Virus record (IMG/VR): IMGVR_UViG_2791355488_000009
DNA length: 64,000 nucleotides
Source of the DNA: an uncultured virus (IMG/VR IMGVR_UViG_2791355488_000009)
Lineage: Duplodnaviria > Heunggongvirae > Uroviricota > Caudoviricetes
Reading direction: 5' to 3' (one strand)
The notes beneath the pieces were generated by a model. The model saw only the letters and a program-made list of their open reading frames with translations, was not told the DNA's origin and ran no database searches. Within the stretch, counting starts at the first letter, position 1; each line of letters begins with the position of its first letter. The position numbers and the translations under genes are program-made. This document shows positions 37,712 to 47,488 of the stretch, one piece after another.

Positions 37712-37713
37712 TC

Positions 37714-37750
37714 AAAGGAACATCTGCAAAAGTAGGTGTTCTTTTTATTT
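37714..37750 (+). terminator. Terminator-like hairpin before holin
   Basis: aaaggaacatctgc-aaaa-gtaggtgttcttttt. Confidence 0.55.
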
Positions 37751-37771
37751 CAACAAAAGGAGGATTTTTAA

Positions 37772-38179
37772 ATGAAAGAAATATGGAACTGGATCCAAGT
37801 TGTGATAACAGCAATCGGTGGATTCTTCGGATGGTTTTTAGGAGGAGCAGACGGATTTTTATATGCGCTACTAGTCTTTGTAGTCATCGACTATCTAACA
37901 GGTGTCTTATGTGCAATTGCTGATAGGTCTTTATCAAGCGAAGTGGGATTTATCGGAATCAGCCGTAAAGTGCTGATTTTTGTTTTAGTGGGTGTAGCCA
38001 ATATTTTAGACGTTTATGTGATTGGTGATGGGAGCGTACTAAGAACAGCGATTGTTTTCTTCTACTTATCGAATGAGGGGATTTCGCTGTTAGAAAATTC
38101 AGCTCACCTTGGACTACCTATCCCAGAAAAACTAAAAGATGTATTAAAGCAGCTCCATAAAAAGAACGAGGAGGAATAA
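37772..38179 (+). CDS. Phage holin (holin_4_1 family)
   Basis: TM helices, IDYLTG, NEGISLLEN..LGLPIP. Confidence 0.9.
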   Translation: MKEIWNWIQVVITAIGGFFGWFLGGADGFLYALLVFVVIDYLTGVLCAIADRSLSSEVGFIGISRKVLIFVLVGVANILDVYVIGDGSVLRTAIVFFYLSNEGISLLENSAHLGLPIPEKLKDVLKQLHKKNEEE

Positions 38180-38181
38180 TC

Positions 38182-39120
38182 ATGAAAACTAAAGGAATTG
38201 ATATTAGTACTTGGCAAAAACCAAGTCAGATTAACTATGACCAACTTGCAAAAGAAGTTGATTTTGTCATCCTTCGAGCAGGATATACGGGCCACGGTAC
38301 AGGAGTAAGTTTGCACAAGGATGATGCCTTTGAACAACACTACAAAGCCTTTCACGAGAGAGGTATTCCTATCGGTGTTTACTGGTACAGCTGTGCGAAT
38401 ACTAATGCCAAAGGCGTAGCAGAAGCGAAGAAATGCCTTGAAATTATCAAAGGCAAGACCATCTCTTATCCCGTTTTTATTGATACAGAGGATAATTATC
38501 ACCAGCGACCAAGTGGCAAGAAAGCTATTACCGATGCTTTAGTAGGCTTTTGTGAAACCATAGAAAATGCTGGCTATTATGCCGGTATCTATGCGTCTAG
38601 TTCTTGGTTTCAAGATTTAACAGAACTGGATCGTCTAGCACCTTATGATTTCTGGGTCGCTCAGTGGTCTAATAAAGAACCGACACTTCGTCATGGTATC
38701 TGGCAGTACTCAAGCAAAGGTAAACTAAGTGGTTACTCAGGAAACTTAGACATGAACTATGCCTATAAAGATTACAAAGCGATTATCAAAAGTGCAGGGC
38801 TTAATCATCTTGGCAAAGAAGAAAATGCACCTGCTCCTACAGAAAAGAAATCGGTCGAGCTGCTGGCCAAGGAAGTCATTCAAGGGTTATGGGGTAATGG
38901 CGAAGAACGAAAGAAACGTTTAACGGATGTAGGCTATGATTATGCGGCGGTGCAATCAAAGGTCAATGAAATGCTATCTAGTAAAAAGTCTATTGATGCC
39001 ATCGCAAAGGAAGTCATTCGTGGCGATTGGGGTAACGGACAAGATCGAAAAAACAAACTTACAAATGCCGGTTATGACTATATTTCGGTACAAAAAAGGG
39101 TCAATGAACTCTTGAAATAA
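38182..39120 (+). CDS. Endolysin: GH25 muramidase + two Cpl-7 (CW_7) repeats
   Basis: GIDISTWQ, FIDTE, WQYSS; two AKEVI.G.WGNG..RK..L...GYDY..VQ..VN repeats. Confidence 0.9.
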   Translation: MKTKGIDISTWQKPSQINYDQLAKEVDFVILRAGYTGHGTGVSLHKDDAFEQHYKAFHERGIPIGVYWYSCANTNAKGVAEAKKCLEIIKGKTISYPVFIDTEDNYHQRPSGKKAITDALVGFCETIENAGYYAGIYASSSWFQDLTELDRLAPYDFWVAQWSNKEPTLRHGIWQYSSKGKLSGYSGNLDMNYAYKDYKAIIKSAGLNHLGKEENAPAPTEKKSVELLAKEVIQGLWGNGEERKKRLTDVGYDYAAVQSKVNEMLSSKKSIDAIAKEVIRGDWGNGQDRKNKLTNAGYDYISVQKRVNELLK

Positions 39121-39135
39121 GAACTAATAAGATTT

Positions 39136-39178
39136 CCTATCAAGGAGTATTTCTCTTTGGTAGGCATTCTTTTTTTCT
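39136..39178 (+). terminator. Intrinsic terminator after lysin
   Basis: cctatcaaggag...ctctttggtagg followed by T-run. Confidence 0.6.
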
Positions 39179-39184
39179 AAACCG

Positions 39185-39222
39185 TCAGATTCTATCATCT
39201 CCCGTGGCTACTAGGTAGAGGG
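39185..39222 (+). promoter_or_regulatory. Conserved element copy 2 (TCAGATT-N14-GGCTACTAGGTAG)
   Basis: Boxes at 39185-39191 and 39206-39218. Confidence 0.7.
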
Positions 39223-39250
39223 CAAGAAATAAATCGCCCTTTGGAAAGAG

Positions 39251-39478
39251 GTGATGGATATGAAACACAATCTAAGAATCAGTGTTTCTAAGAAACCACA
39301 GACAGGCGGACTTGTTAACTACCGTAATGTGTCCGTAAGGGAACGAATTCTTCGCTTTCTTTTAGGGAGTAAACAGCGTGTAACGATTGTGATCCCTGGA
39401 GATAGCATCGAGGAACTCTCTATCTGTGAAATGACGAAAGGAGGAACTGACCTTGAGCAAAATAAAGCTACTGCTTGA
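39251..39478 (+). CDS. Conserved hypothetical phage protein
   Basis: SD gaggtg; MKHNLRISVSK...VIPGDSI; first gene of the polymerase operon. Confidence 0.65.
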   Translation: MMDMKHNLRISVSKKPQTGGLVNYRNVSVRERILRFLLGSKQRVTIVIPGDSIEELSICEMTKGGTDLEQNKATA

Positions 39479-39770
39479 AGTGGTCAATGATATGCGAAGT
39501 CTTGCTGACAGCATACAGGCAGTTTGCGATGCGATGACAGAAGGAGATCCTGCTCCAGGTGCAAAAGCTGCCACTGAACAAGAACCAGTAAAAGAGCCGG
39601 ATATCCCACTGGAAAAAGTACGTATGGTACTTGCTGAAAAGAGCCAGATTGGGTTTACTGCCGAAGTGCGAGGACTCATTCAGAAGTATGGTGCAGACAA
39701 GTTAAGTGCTGTTGATAAGGCGTATTATTCTGACATCTTGAAAGATGCGGAGGGTCTTGGGAATGGGTAA
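39453..39770 (+). CDS. Conserved phage protein (small helical C-terminal domain)
   Basis: ggagg SD, TTG start; LEKVRMVLAEKS..G....V..LI.KYGA.KLS. Confidence 0.7.
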   Translation: MSKIKLLLEVVNDMRSLADSIQAVCDAMTEGDPAPGAKAATEQEPVKEPDIPLEKVRMVLAEKSQIGFTAEVRGLIQKYGADKLSAVDKAYYSDILKDAEGLGNG

Positions 39771-40899
39771 TCATGCAATATTATCTGCATCCTCATCCCA
39801 CAGGTGGCTTAACTGCCTACCCTCTGCAAGACTTGAACTGGAGTTTGAAGACCAAAGTGGTGAGTCAGCAAAAGAAGGCACAGCGGCTCATGACCTGTGT
39901 GAACACAAACTAAAAAAGGCACTTCATATGAGAAGTCAGCGACCTATCTCTGAGTATAACTCTGATGAGATGGAGGAATGTACAGATGCTTACGTGGACT
40001 TTGTTATGGAGCAGGTGGAACTTGCAAGAAAGTCTTGCACAGATCCTATCGTTCTTATTGAACAGCATCTTGATTTTTCATGCTATGTGCCAGACGGCTT
40101 TGGAACAGGAGACTGTGTAATCCTTTCAGATGACAGACTTCATATCGTGGATTTTAAATATGGACTGGGTGTGCTAGTCGATGCAGTGGACAATCCACAG
40201 ATGAAACTCTATGCCCTCGGAGCACTTGGAATCTATGATCACCTGTATGACATCAAAGAAGTGTCTATGACCATCTTTCAGCCAAGACGAGAGAATGTCA
40301 GCACCTGGACAATACCGGTGGAAGAACTAAAAGATTGGGCGGAAGAGGAGCTAAAACCAAGGGCGGTCAAGGCCTTTAACGGTGAGGGCGAATACATCCC
40401 TGGTCCATGGTGTACCTTCTGTAAAGCGGCAAATAGGTGTCGGGCTAGAGCCGAAGTAAAACTGAAACTTGCAGAGAAAGAATTCAAGATGCCACCTCTG
40501 CTGACGGATGCTGAAATAGAAGAAATCTTACTTTTTCTTCCCGACCTTACCAAGTGGGCGAATGAAATAACAGCCTATGCCACTGATGCAGCAGTCAATC
40601 ACGGTAAAGAGTGGAATGGTTTTAAAGTTGTGGAAGGTCGCTCGGTTCGCAAGTACAAAGATGAAGGAGCCATTGCAGAAAAAGCCGTGGCAGGTGGATA
40701 TAAGGACATTTACAGAAAGAGCCTTATTCCACTGACAGAGATGCAAAAACTGATGGGTAAATCCAAATTTGAGGAACTCCTCGGTGACCTCATTTACAAA
40801 CCACCGGGTAAGCCGACTCTTGTTCCAAACTCAGATAAAAGACCGGCAATGAACGTAGCAGATGCTAAAAACGAATTTAACGAAATTATGGAGGATTAA
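39763..40899 (+). CDS. DUF2800 Cas4-like PD-(D/E)xK exonuclease
   Basis: HAILSASSSHRW, GFGTGD, VDFKYG, QMKLYALG, WCTFCKA..C. Confidence 0.85.
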   Translation: MGNHAILSASSSHRWLNCLPSARLELEFEDQSGESAKEGTAAHDLCEHKLKKALHMRSQRPISEYNSDEMEECTDAYVDFVMEQVELARKSCTDPIVLIEQHLDFSCYVPDGFGTGDCVILSDDRLHIVDFKYGLGVLVDAVDNPQMKLYALGALGIYDHLYDIKEVSMTIFQPRRENVSTWTIPVEELKDWAEEELKPRAVKAFNGEGEYIPGPWCTFCKAANRCRARAEVKLKLAEKEFKMPPLLTDAEIEEILLFLPDLTKWANEITAYATDAAVNHGKEWNGFKVVEGRSVRKYKDEGAIAEKAVAGGYKDIYRKSLIPLTEMQKLMGKSKFEELLGDLIYKPPGKPTLVPNSDKRPAMNVADAKNEFNEIMED

Positions 40900-40904
40900 A
40901 TATT

Positions 40905-41456
40905 ATGGCAAATATACAAAACAAAACAAAAGTTATCACAGGTGTAAACTCAAGATTTTCTTACTTCCACGGCTGGGAGCCAGTATCCATCAATGGTGGT
41001 GCAGAAAAATACAGCGTATCCGTACTTATTCCAAAGGATGACAAGGAAACCATTAATGCTATCCATGCAGCAGTTGATGCTGCCATTGAGGAAGGTATCG
41101 CAAAGTTTGGTGGTAAGAAACCAAATAAGGCAGCCATTAAACTACCGCTGCGTGATGGTGATGTAGAGCGTGATGATGAGGCTTATAAAGGCCATTACTT
41201 CATCAATGCGAATAGCAAGACAGCGCCACAGATTGTAGATAAAAGTGTTAAGCCGATACTGGATCGTAGCGAGGTATACAGCGGTTGTTATGGCAGGGTT
41301 TCTCTTAACTTCTATGCTTTCAACTCAAATGGTAATAAAGGTGTAGCTTGTGGTCTTGGTAATATTCAAAAAATTAGAGACGGAGAACCTCTAGGCGGTA
41401 AGACTTCTGCAGTAGATGATTTTACGACTCTTGTCGATGATGACTTCCTTGCCTAA
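40905..41456 (+). CDS. DUF2815 ssDNA-binding protein
   Basis: KYSVSVLIPK, LRDGD, VYSGCY, GLGNIQK; acidic tail DDDFLA. Confidence 0.85.
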   Translation: MANIQNKTKVITGVNSRFSYFHGWEPVSINGGAEKYSVSVLIPKDDKETINAIHAAVDAAIEEGIAKFGGKKPNKAAIKLPLRDGDVERDDEAYKGHYFINANSKTAPQIVDKSVKPILDRSEVYSGCYGRVSLNFYAFNSNGNKGVACGLGNIQKIRDGEPLGGKTSAVDDFTTLVDDDFLA

Positions 41457-41476
41457 TAGAAACAATAAACTTGACG

Positions 41477-41508
41477 GTGGTGGAGGTCTTCCCTCTGCCA
41501 CCTTTTTT
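41477..41508 (+). terminator. Intrinsic terminator/attenuator between ssb and pol
   Basis: ggtggtggagg-tcttc-cctctgccacc-tttttt. Confidence 0.65.
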
Positions 41509-41529
41509 CATTTAGGAAAGGTGGTAGCT

Positions 41530-43470
41530 ATGAAGAACTTAGAAATTGATATCGAAACCTATTCATCTACCAATTTACAAAAGAGTGGTGTTTATCGTTA
41601 CGTAGAAGCAGATGATTTTGAGGTGATGCTGTTTGGTTATGCGGTTGACGGTGATGAAGTTAAGGTCATCGATTTGATGAATGGAGAAAAGATTCCAAAA
41701 GAAATCCTAGATGCCTTAACCGATGAAACCATTACGAAGTGGGCATTTAATGCTCAGTTTGAGCGAGTCTGTCTTTCACGTTATTTGGGCTACCCCACTG
41801 GAACTTATCTAAATCCTTCCTCATGGAAATGTTCCATGGTTTGGTCTGCCTATATGGGACTTCCTCTTTCTTTAGAAGGTGTAGGTGCAGTGCTAGGACT
41901 TGAGAAGCAAAAGCTGACGGAGGGTAAAGACCTGATACGATATTTTTGTCTTCCATGTGCTCCGACTAAAACAAATGGTGGTAGGACCCGTAACCTACCC
42001 ACTGATGAAATCGATAAGTGGCAAAAGTTCAAAGCATATAACAAGCGTGATGTGGAGGCAGAAATCCAGATACAACAAAGATTGATCAAGTTTCCAGTGC
42101 CAGAGGACATCTGGGATGAGTATCATCTCGACCAAGAAATTAACGATCGAGGCATAAAGGTTGATATGGATTTTGTTAAGCAGGCCATCGCTATGGATGA
42201 CATCTCTCATGAAAAACTACTAACCGCCATGCAGCAGATAACACATCTCGAAAACCCAAACTCCGTACAACAGATGAAAGGCTGGCTTTCAGATAACGGT
42301 CTAGAGATGGAGACACTCGGGAAAAAGGCTGTCGCTGAGAAACTTGAGGAAACAGATGGTGAACTAAATGAAGTTCTTTCACTTCGTCAGCAACTGGCAA
42401 AATCCTCGGTAAAGAAATATACAGCAATGGAAAATGCTGTATGTGCAGATTCTCGCGCCAGGGGAATGTTTCAGTTTTATGGAGCTAACAGAACCGGTCG
42501 CTTTGCCGGTAGGCTTGTGCAATTGCAAAATCTCCCTCAGAACCATATGCCAGATTTAAAAGAGGCGCGAACTATTGTCAGAAATGGTGATGTTGAAACA
42601 CTAGAACTGCTCTATGAAGATATACCCGATACACTCTCACAACTAATTCGTACAGCCTTTGTACCAAAAGAAGGTCATAAGTTTATTGTGGCTGACTTTT
42701 CAGCCATTGAGGCTCGTGTGCTTTCATGGCTTGCAGGTGAGACATGGCGAACGGATGTATTTGCTAGTGGTGGCGATATCTACTGTGCATCTGCCTCACA
42801 GATGTTTGGTGTTTCCGTTGAAAAGCATGGTGTGAACGGTCACTTGAGACAGAAGGGTAAAATTGCTGAATTGGCACTTGGCTATGGTGGTTCTGTTGGT
42901 GCGCTAAAAGCCATGGGTGCATTAGAGATGGGGCTTGAAGAGGAAGAATTAAAACCGCTTGTGAATGCCTGGAGAATGTCTAATCCCAACATCACACAGT
43001 TCTGGTGGGATGTAGATCGAGCGGCTAAACAATGCGTGAAGGAAAACAAATCACAAGAAACCCATGGCATCGAGTTTCATTGTTTTAGTGGCATGCTTTT
43101 TATCGTTCTTCCCTCTGGCAGAAGGCTTGCCTATGTAAAACCTCGAATTGGTGAGAATCAGTTTGGTGGTGAGTCTGTTACCTATGAAGGAGTAGGTGGA
43201 ACAAAGAAATGGGAGCGTCTTGAAAGTTACGGTCCTAAGTTTGTAGAGAATATTGTTCAAGCCATCTCCCGTGATATTTTAATGTATTCAATGAAGATGC
43301 TTAGTACTTATCGTATTGTGGCTCATGTCCATGATGAAGTCATTATTGAAGCCAATACTCAAATAGCGGTTACTGAAGTATGTAAACAGATGAGTCAAGT
43401 GCCACCTTGGGCAAAAGGGCTGCTCCTTGATGCCGATGGCTATGAATGTGACTTTTATCAAAAAGATTAA
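41530..43470 (+). CDS. Phage family A DNA polymerase
   Basis: Exo DIET; RTGRF; motif A DFSAIEAR; motif B RQKGKIAELALGYG; motif C HVHDE. Confidence 0.95.
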   Translation: MKNLEIDIETYSSTNLQKSGVYRYVEADDFEVMLFGYAVDGDEVKVIDLMNGEKIPKEILDALTDETITKWAFNAQFERVCLSRYLGYPTGTYLNPSSWKCSMVWSAYMGLPLSLEGVGAVLGLEKQKLTEGKDLIRYFCLPCAPTKTNGGRTRNLPTDEIDKWQKFKAYNKRDVEAEIQIQQRLIKFPVPEDIWDEYHLDQEINDRGIKVDMDFVKQAIAMDDISHEKLLTAMQQITHLENPNSVQQMKGWLSDNGLEMETLGKKAVAEKLEETDGELNEVLSLRQQLAKSSVKKYTAMENAVCADSRARGMFQFYGANRTGRFAGRLVQLQNLPQNHMPDLKEARTIVRNGDVETLELLYEDIPDTLSQLIRTAFVPKEGHKFIVADFSAIEARVLSWLAGETWRTDVFASGGDIYCASASQMFGVSVEKHGVNGHLRQKGKIAELALGYGGSVGALKAMGALEMGLEEEELKPLVNAWRMSNPNITQFWWDVDRAAKQCVKENKSQETHGIEFHCFSGMLFIVLPSGRRLAYVKPRIGENQFGGESVTYEGVGGTKKWERLESYGPKFVENIVQAISRDILMYSMKMLSTYRIVAHVHDEVIIEANTQIAVTEVCKQMSQVPPWAKGLLLDADGYECDFYQKD

Positions 43471-43478
43471 AGAAATCA

Positions 43479-43518
43479 TCAGATTTCACCTCCTGCCATG
43501 GCTACTAGGTAGGAGGTG
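43479..43518 (+). promoter_or_regulatory. Conserved element copy 3; 11-bp hairpin sequestering the SD of the next gene
   Basis: tcagatt; cacctcctgcc-atggctacta-ggtaggaggtg. Confidence 0.7.
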
Positions 43519-43525
43519 TTTTTCT

Positions 43526-43741
43526 ATGAACATTTATGAAGTAAAAGATGGTTGTCCGTTAAAGGGTAAGACCGAGCAGATGACAGAGGAAGAATTACAA
43601 AAGGAATATGATTTTCACATAGCGGAGAGCATTGTCGCAAACCTATATAAAGAAGGCAAAATCACAGCGGATGAATTACACAAAATATCAGCCTTGAACA
43701 GGCAGAAATTCTCTCCCCGTTTAGCCGAGATTATGTTCTAA
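43526..43741 (+). CDS. SHOCT-like small protein ahead of the recombinases
   Basis: aggaggtg SD; LYKEGKITADE..KI...N. Confidence 0.65.
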   Translation: MNIYEVKDGCPLKGKTEQMTEEELQKEYDFHIAESIVANLYKEGKITADELHKISALNRQKFSPRLAEIMF

Positions 43742-43743
43742 AA

Positions 43744-43779
43744 AGCTTGCTATTAATAGCTTTTAGAGTGATGTATGTA
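43744..43779 (+). promoter_or_regulatory. Promoter-like element copy 2 (matches 19601-19636)
   Basis: agcttgctat-taatagcttt-tagagtgatgtatgta. Confidence 0.6.
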
Positions 43780-43799
43780 ATGGGCGAAAGCGAGGTGAG

Positions 43800-45365
43800 A
43801 TGATGAAAAAGATAACAAAAATAGATGAACTGCCCCAGGGACAACTACCTAATACGAAACTTAGGGTTGCCGCCTATGCCAGGGTATCAACCGATAGTGA
43901 TGAACAGCTTGAAAGCCTTAAAGCACAGCGTGAACACTATGAGCGCTATATTAAGTCTAATCCAGAATGGGTATTTGCTGGTCTTTATTATGACGAAGGG
44001 ATCTCCGGCACCAAGGTGGAGAAACGGACTGAACTGCTCCGTATGATACGAGATTGTAAGCAAGGTCGGATTGATTTTATTATCACCAAATCAATCAGCC
44101 GCTTTGCTCGTAATACAGTAGATTGTCTAGAGTTAGTAAGAAAACTGATTGATATCGGTGTTTATATTTATTTTGAAAAAGAGAATCTAAATACGGGTGA
44201 TATGGAAAGTGAACTGATGCTTTCTATTCTTTCAGGGTTTGCTGCAGAAGAGTCTGCATCTATTTCACAAAACTCAACATGGTCCATTCAAAAGAGATTT
44301 CAAAATGGCAGTTATGTCGGTACTCCACCCTACGGCTACACCAATACAGATGGTGAAATGGTAATCGTCCCAGAAGAAGCAGAAATCATCAAACGTATTT
44401 TTACTGAGTGCCTTTCAGGGAAAGGTGGAGGTACTATAGCAAGAGGTTTGAACAAAGACAAAATCCCTGCAAGTAGAGGTAATCACTGGAGTGCAGGCAC
44501 GGTGATAGACATGCTTCGAAACGAAAAATATATGGGTGATGTCCTACTGCAAAAGACTTACACCGATAGTAACTACAACCGCCATCCAAACACAGGGGAA
44601 AAAGACCAATACTACTACAAGGATAATCATGAACCTATTATAAGTAGAGAAGACTTTGCTAAGGCACAAGATCTCATTGATGAAAGAGCCAAGATGAAGT
44701 GTAAGGGCGTGAAAAAGAACGTTTATCTTAATCGATATGCTTTAAGTGGCAAGATTGTCTGTGGAGAGTGTGGTCGCAATTTTAGGAGAAAGACAAACTA
44801 CTCAGCTGGTAGGAGTTACATTGCTTGGAGTTGCATCGGTCATATCGAAGACAAAGAGAGTTGCTCCATGTTGTTCTTGCGAGATGGGGAAATCAAAGCC
44901 ACCTTTACCACCATGATGAATAAGCTTGCTTTCAGTAACAAGCTAATCCTAGAGCCACTTTTCAAATCAATTAGCCAAATCGATGAAGAAAGCGACCGTG
45001 AAAGAATGGATGCTATTGATAAGCGAATGGAGCAACTCATGGAAGAACGCAACACCCTTATTACACTGATGGCCAAAGGTTTCCTGGAGCCAGCTCTTTT
45101 TAATCAGGAACGTAATGTCTTGGATAGTGAGATAAAAAATCTTACAACTGAAAAAACAAACCTGGTAACGAACTCTACGAGTGGGGTTTTACGAGCAAAC
45201 GATATAAAGGACCTCATTGATTACGTGTCAGCAGATAATTTTAATGGTGACTACACGGAAGAACTATTTGAAGAATTTGTAGAGAACATCATTGTAAATT
45301 CCAGGGATGAGCTGACATTCAATTTGAAATGCGGTCTTTCCCTGAAAGAAAAGGTGGTGAGATAA
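43800..45365 (+). CDS. Large serine recombinase
   Basis: [24 protein letters not shown], zinc ribbon CGECG. Confidence 0.95.
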   Translation: MMKKITKIDELPQGQLPNTKLRVAAYARVSTDSDEQLESLKAQREHYERYIKSNPEWVFAGLYYDEGISGTKVEKRTELLRMIRDCKQGRIDFIITKSISRFARNTVDCLELVRKLIDIGVYIYFEKENLNTGDMESELMLSILSGFAAEESASISQNSTWSIQKRFQNGSYVGTPPYGYTNTDGEMVIVPEEAEIIKRIFTECLSGKGGGTIARGLNKDKIPASRGNHWSAGTVIDMLRNEKYMGDVLLQKTYTDSNYNRHPNTGEKDQYYYKDNHEPIISREDFAKAQDLIDERAKMKCKGVKKNVYLNRYALSGKIVCGECGRNFRRKTNYSAGRSYIAWSCIGHIEDKESCSMLFLRDGEIKATFTTMMNKLAFSNKLILEPLFKSISQIDEESDRERMDAIDKRMEQLMEERNTLITLMAKGFLEPALFNQERNVLDSEIKNLTTEKTNLVTNSTSGVLRANDIKDLIDYVSADNFNGDYTEELFEEFVENIIVNSRDELTFNLKCGLSLKEKVVR

Positions 45366-45782
45366 ATGGCATATATTCCATATGGATACAAAATTCAAGA
45401 TGGAGTGGTTACTGTCGATGAAAAGGCAGCAGGTCAAGTAAAGGTATTCTTTGAGAAATACATATCAGGACTATCCCTTACAGTGGCTGGCGAACAGGCA
45501 GGTATTGATAAGACACATTCTGTGATGGGTCGCATTTTGAAAAACGTCAACTACCTTGGAAATGATACGTATCCAGCAATTATTGATAAAGAGATATTTG
45601 ATAAAGCTGAAGAAGTTAGAGATAAGCGTGCAAAGGATTTAGGACGAGTGGTAGAGCTTGCCGCTTTCACCTCTCCCCCTCCCAAAGAACGATTCAAAAT
45701 GAAAAAGGCAGATAATAAGATGCCAGTGGATCCTTTTGAACGAGCAGAATACTTATACAGTCTGATAGAAAGCGAGGAATAA
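45366..45782 (+). CDS. Short recombinase-domain protein (no catalytic domain)
   Basis: PYGY, ILKN..YLG, YPAII. Confidence 0.8.
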   Translation: MAYIPYGYKIQDGVVTVDEKAAGQVKVFFEKYISGLSLTVAGEQAGIDKTHSVMGRILKNVNYLGNDTYPAIIDKEIFDKAEEVRDKRAKDLGRVVELAAFTSPPPKERFKMKKADNKMPVDPFERAEYLYSLIESEE

Positions 45783-45783
45783 A

Positions 45784-47346
45784 GTGACAGAGAAAAATAT
45801 AATGGTTATTCCTGCTCGTAAAAGAGTAGGAAGTACAGCTGCAAAAGAAAAGATAAAGAAACTTCGTGTTGCTGCCTATTGCCGTGTTTCTACAGAAACA
45901 GAAGAACAGAATTCTAGCTATGAGGTTCAGGTCGCACACTATACAGAGTTTATAAAAAAGAATAATGAGTGGGAGTTTGCCGGTATTTTTGCAGATGATG
46001 GTATCTCCGGTACGAACACCAAAAAGCGTGACGAATTTAATCGTATGATTGTAGAGTGTATGGACGGCAACATCGACATGGTTATTACAAAATCCATCAG
46101 CCGATTTGCACGTAACACCTTAGACTGCCTTCAATACATTAGACAGCTCAAGGATAAGAACATATCCGTCTATTTTGAAAAAGAGAACATCAATACCATG
46201 GATGCCAAAGGTGAGGTTTTACTAACCATTATGGCATCTTTGGCACAACAGGAAAGCCAGAGCCTTTCTCAAAACGTTAAGCTTGGGCTACAGTACCGAT
46301 ACCAACAAGGAAAGGTGCAGGTCAATCATAAGCGATTTATGGGCTACACCAAAGATGAAGATGGAAATTTAATCATTGTTCCCGAAGAAGCTGAGATTAT
46401 CAAACGCATCTACCGAGAATACCTTGAAGGTCAGAGTCTAGTGGGTATTGGTCGAGGTCTTGAAAAAGATGGTATTTTAACAGCAGCTGGAAAACCAAGA
46501 TGGCGACCAGAATCAGTTAAGAAGCTACTTCAAAACGAAAAATACATCGGAGATGCCCTTCTGCAAAAGACTGTCACAGTAGATTTTCTAACCAAGAAAC
46601 GAGTTAAGAATGAAGGTCATCTTCCCCAGTATTATGTTGAAAATAGCCATGAGGCGATTATTCCTAAAGAGTTATTTTTGCAGGTGCAAGAAGAAATTCA
46701 TCGAAGAAGCAATATCTACACAGGAGAAGGCAAGAACAAACGAATTTATAGTAGTAAGTACGCATTAAGTGCCATCACCTTCTGTGGAGATTGTGGCGAT
46801 ATTTATAGACGGGTCTATTGGAATATCCACGGAAGAAAAGAATTTGTCTGGCGATGCGTGACTAGAATTGAGCAGGGTCCTGAGGTATGTAAGAACCGAA
46901 CCGTAAAAGAAGATGAACTTTATGGTGCAGTAATGACTGCGATTAATAAGCTACTTGCAGGTGGGAACAATATGATAAAGACACTGGAAGAGAATATTCA
47001 TGCTGTGATTGGCGAAACCACAGAATACCAAATTTCAGAGATTAACAACTCACTAGAGGAAAAACAAAAAGAACTCATCAAGCTGGCTAATAAGGGGCAA
47101 GACTATGAACATCTAGCAGATGAGATTGATGAGCTGAGAGACAAGCGACAGACCCTTTTAGTAGAAGATGCCTCCCTCAATAGCGAGAACGAGCGAATCG
47201 ATGAACTGATTGAGTTTATCCGCAAGAACAAATTCCGCACTCTAGAATATGACGATAAGCTTGTAAGGAAGATAATCCAGAACGTTACAGTCTATGAAGA
47301 CCACTTCGTCATATCCTTTAAATCAGGCATCGAAATGGAAATATGA
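45784..47346 (+). CDS. Large serine recombinase
   Basis: [29 protein letters not shown]. Confidence 0.95.
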   Translation: MTEKNIMVIPARKRVGSTAAKEKIKKLRVAAYCRVSTETEEQNSSYEVQVAHYTEFIKKNNEWEFAGIFADDGISGTNTKKRDEFNRMIVECMDGNIDMVITKSISRFARNTLDCLQYIRQLKDKNISVYFEKENINTMDAKGEVLLTIMASLAQQESQSLSQNVKLGLQYRYQQGKVQVNHKRFMGYTKDEDGNLIIVPEEAEIIKRIYREYLEGQSLVGIGRGLEKDGILTAAGKPRWRPESVKKLLQNEKYIGDALLQKTVTVDFLTKKRVKNEGHLPQYYVENSHEAIIPKELFLQVQEEIHRRSNIYTGEGKNKRIYSSKYALSAITFCGDCGDIYRRVYWNIHGRKEFVWRCVTRIEQGPEVCKNRTVKEDELYGAVMTAINKLLAGGNNMIKTLEENIHAVIGETTEYQISEINNSLEEKQKELIKLANKGQDYEHLADEIDELRDKRQTLLVEDASLNSENERIDELIEFIRKNKFRTLEYDDKLVRKIIQNVTVYEDHFVISFKSGIEMEI

Positions 47347-47361
47347 AAACCAGAAATAAAT

Positions 47362-47399
47362 AGCCCATGACTCTACAGTAGAGTTGTGGGTTTTCTTTT
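47362..47399 (+). terminator. Intrinsic terminator after recombinases
   Basis: agcccatgactcta-cag-tagagttgtgggtt-ttctttt. Confidence 0.75.
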
Positions 47400-47488
47400 G
47401 CTTGCTGATTATAATAATATTTTAATAACTATTGTGTTTATCAACCAAATGGTTTATAATATTCTTAGCGTAAACTTGGAGGTGCTGT

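Noticed and set aside
38840..39120. Direct repeat at the lysin 3' end
   Set aside because: Explained by two Cpl-7 cell-wall-binding repeats
39763..40899. Cas4-like nuclease as sign of a CRISPR system
   Set aside because: DUF2800 phage replication exonuclease; no repeat-spacer array or other cas genes seen
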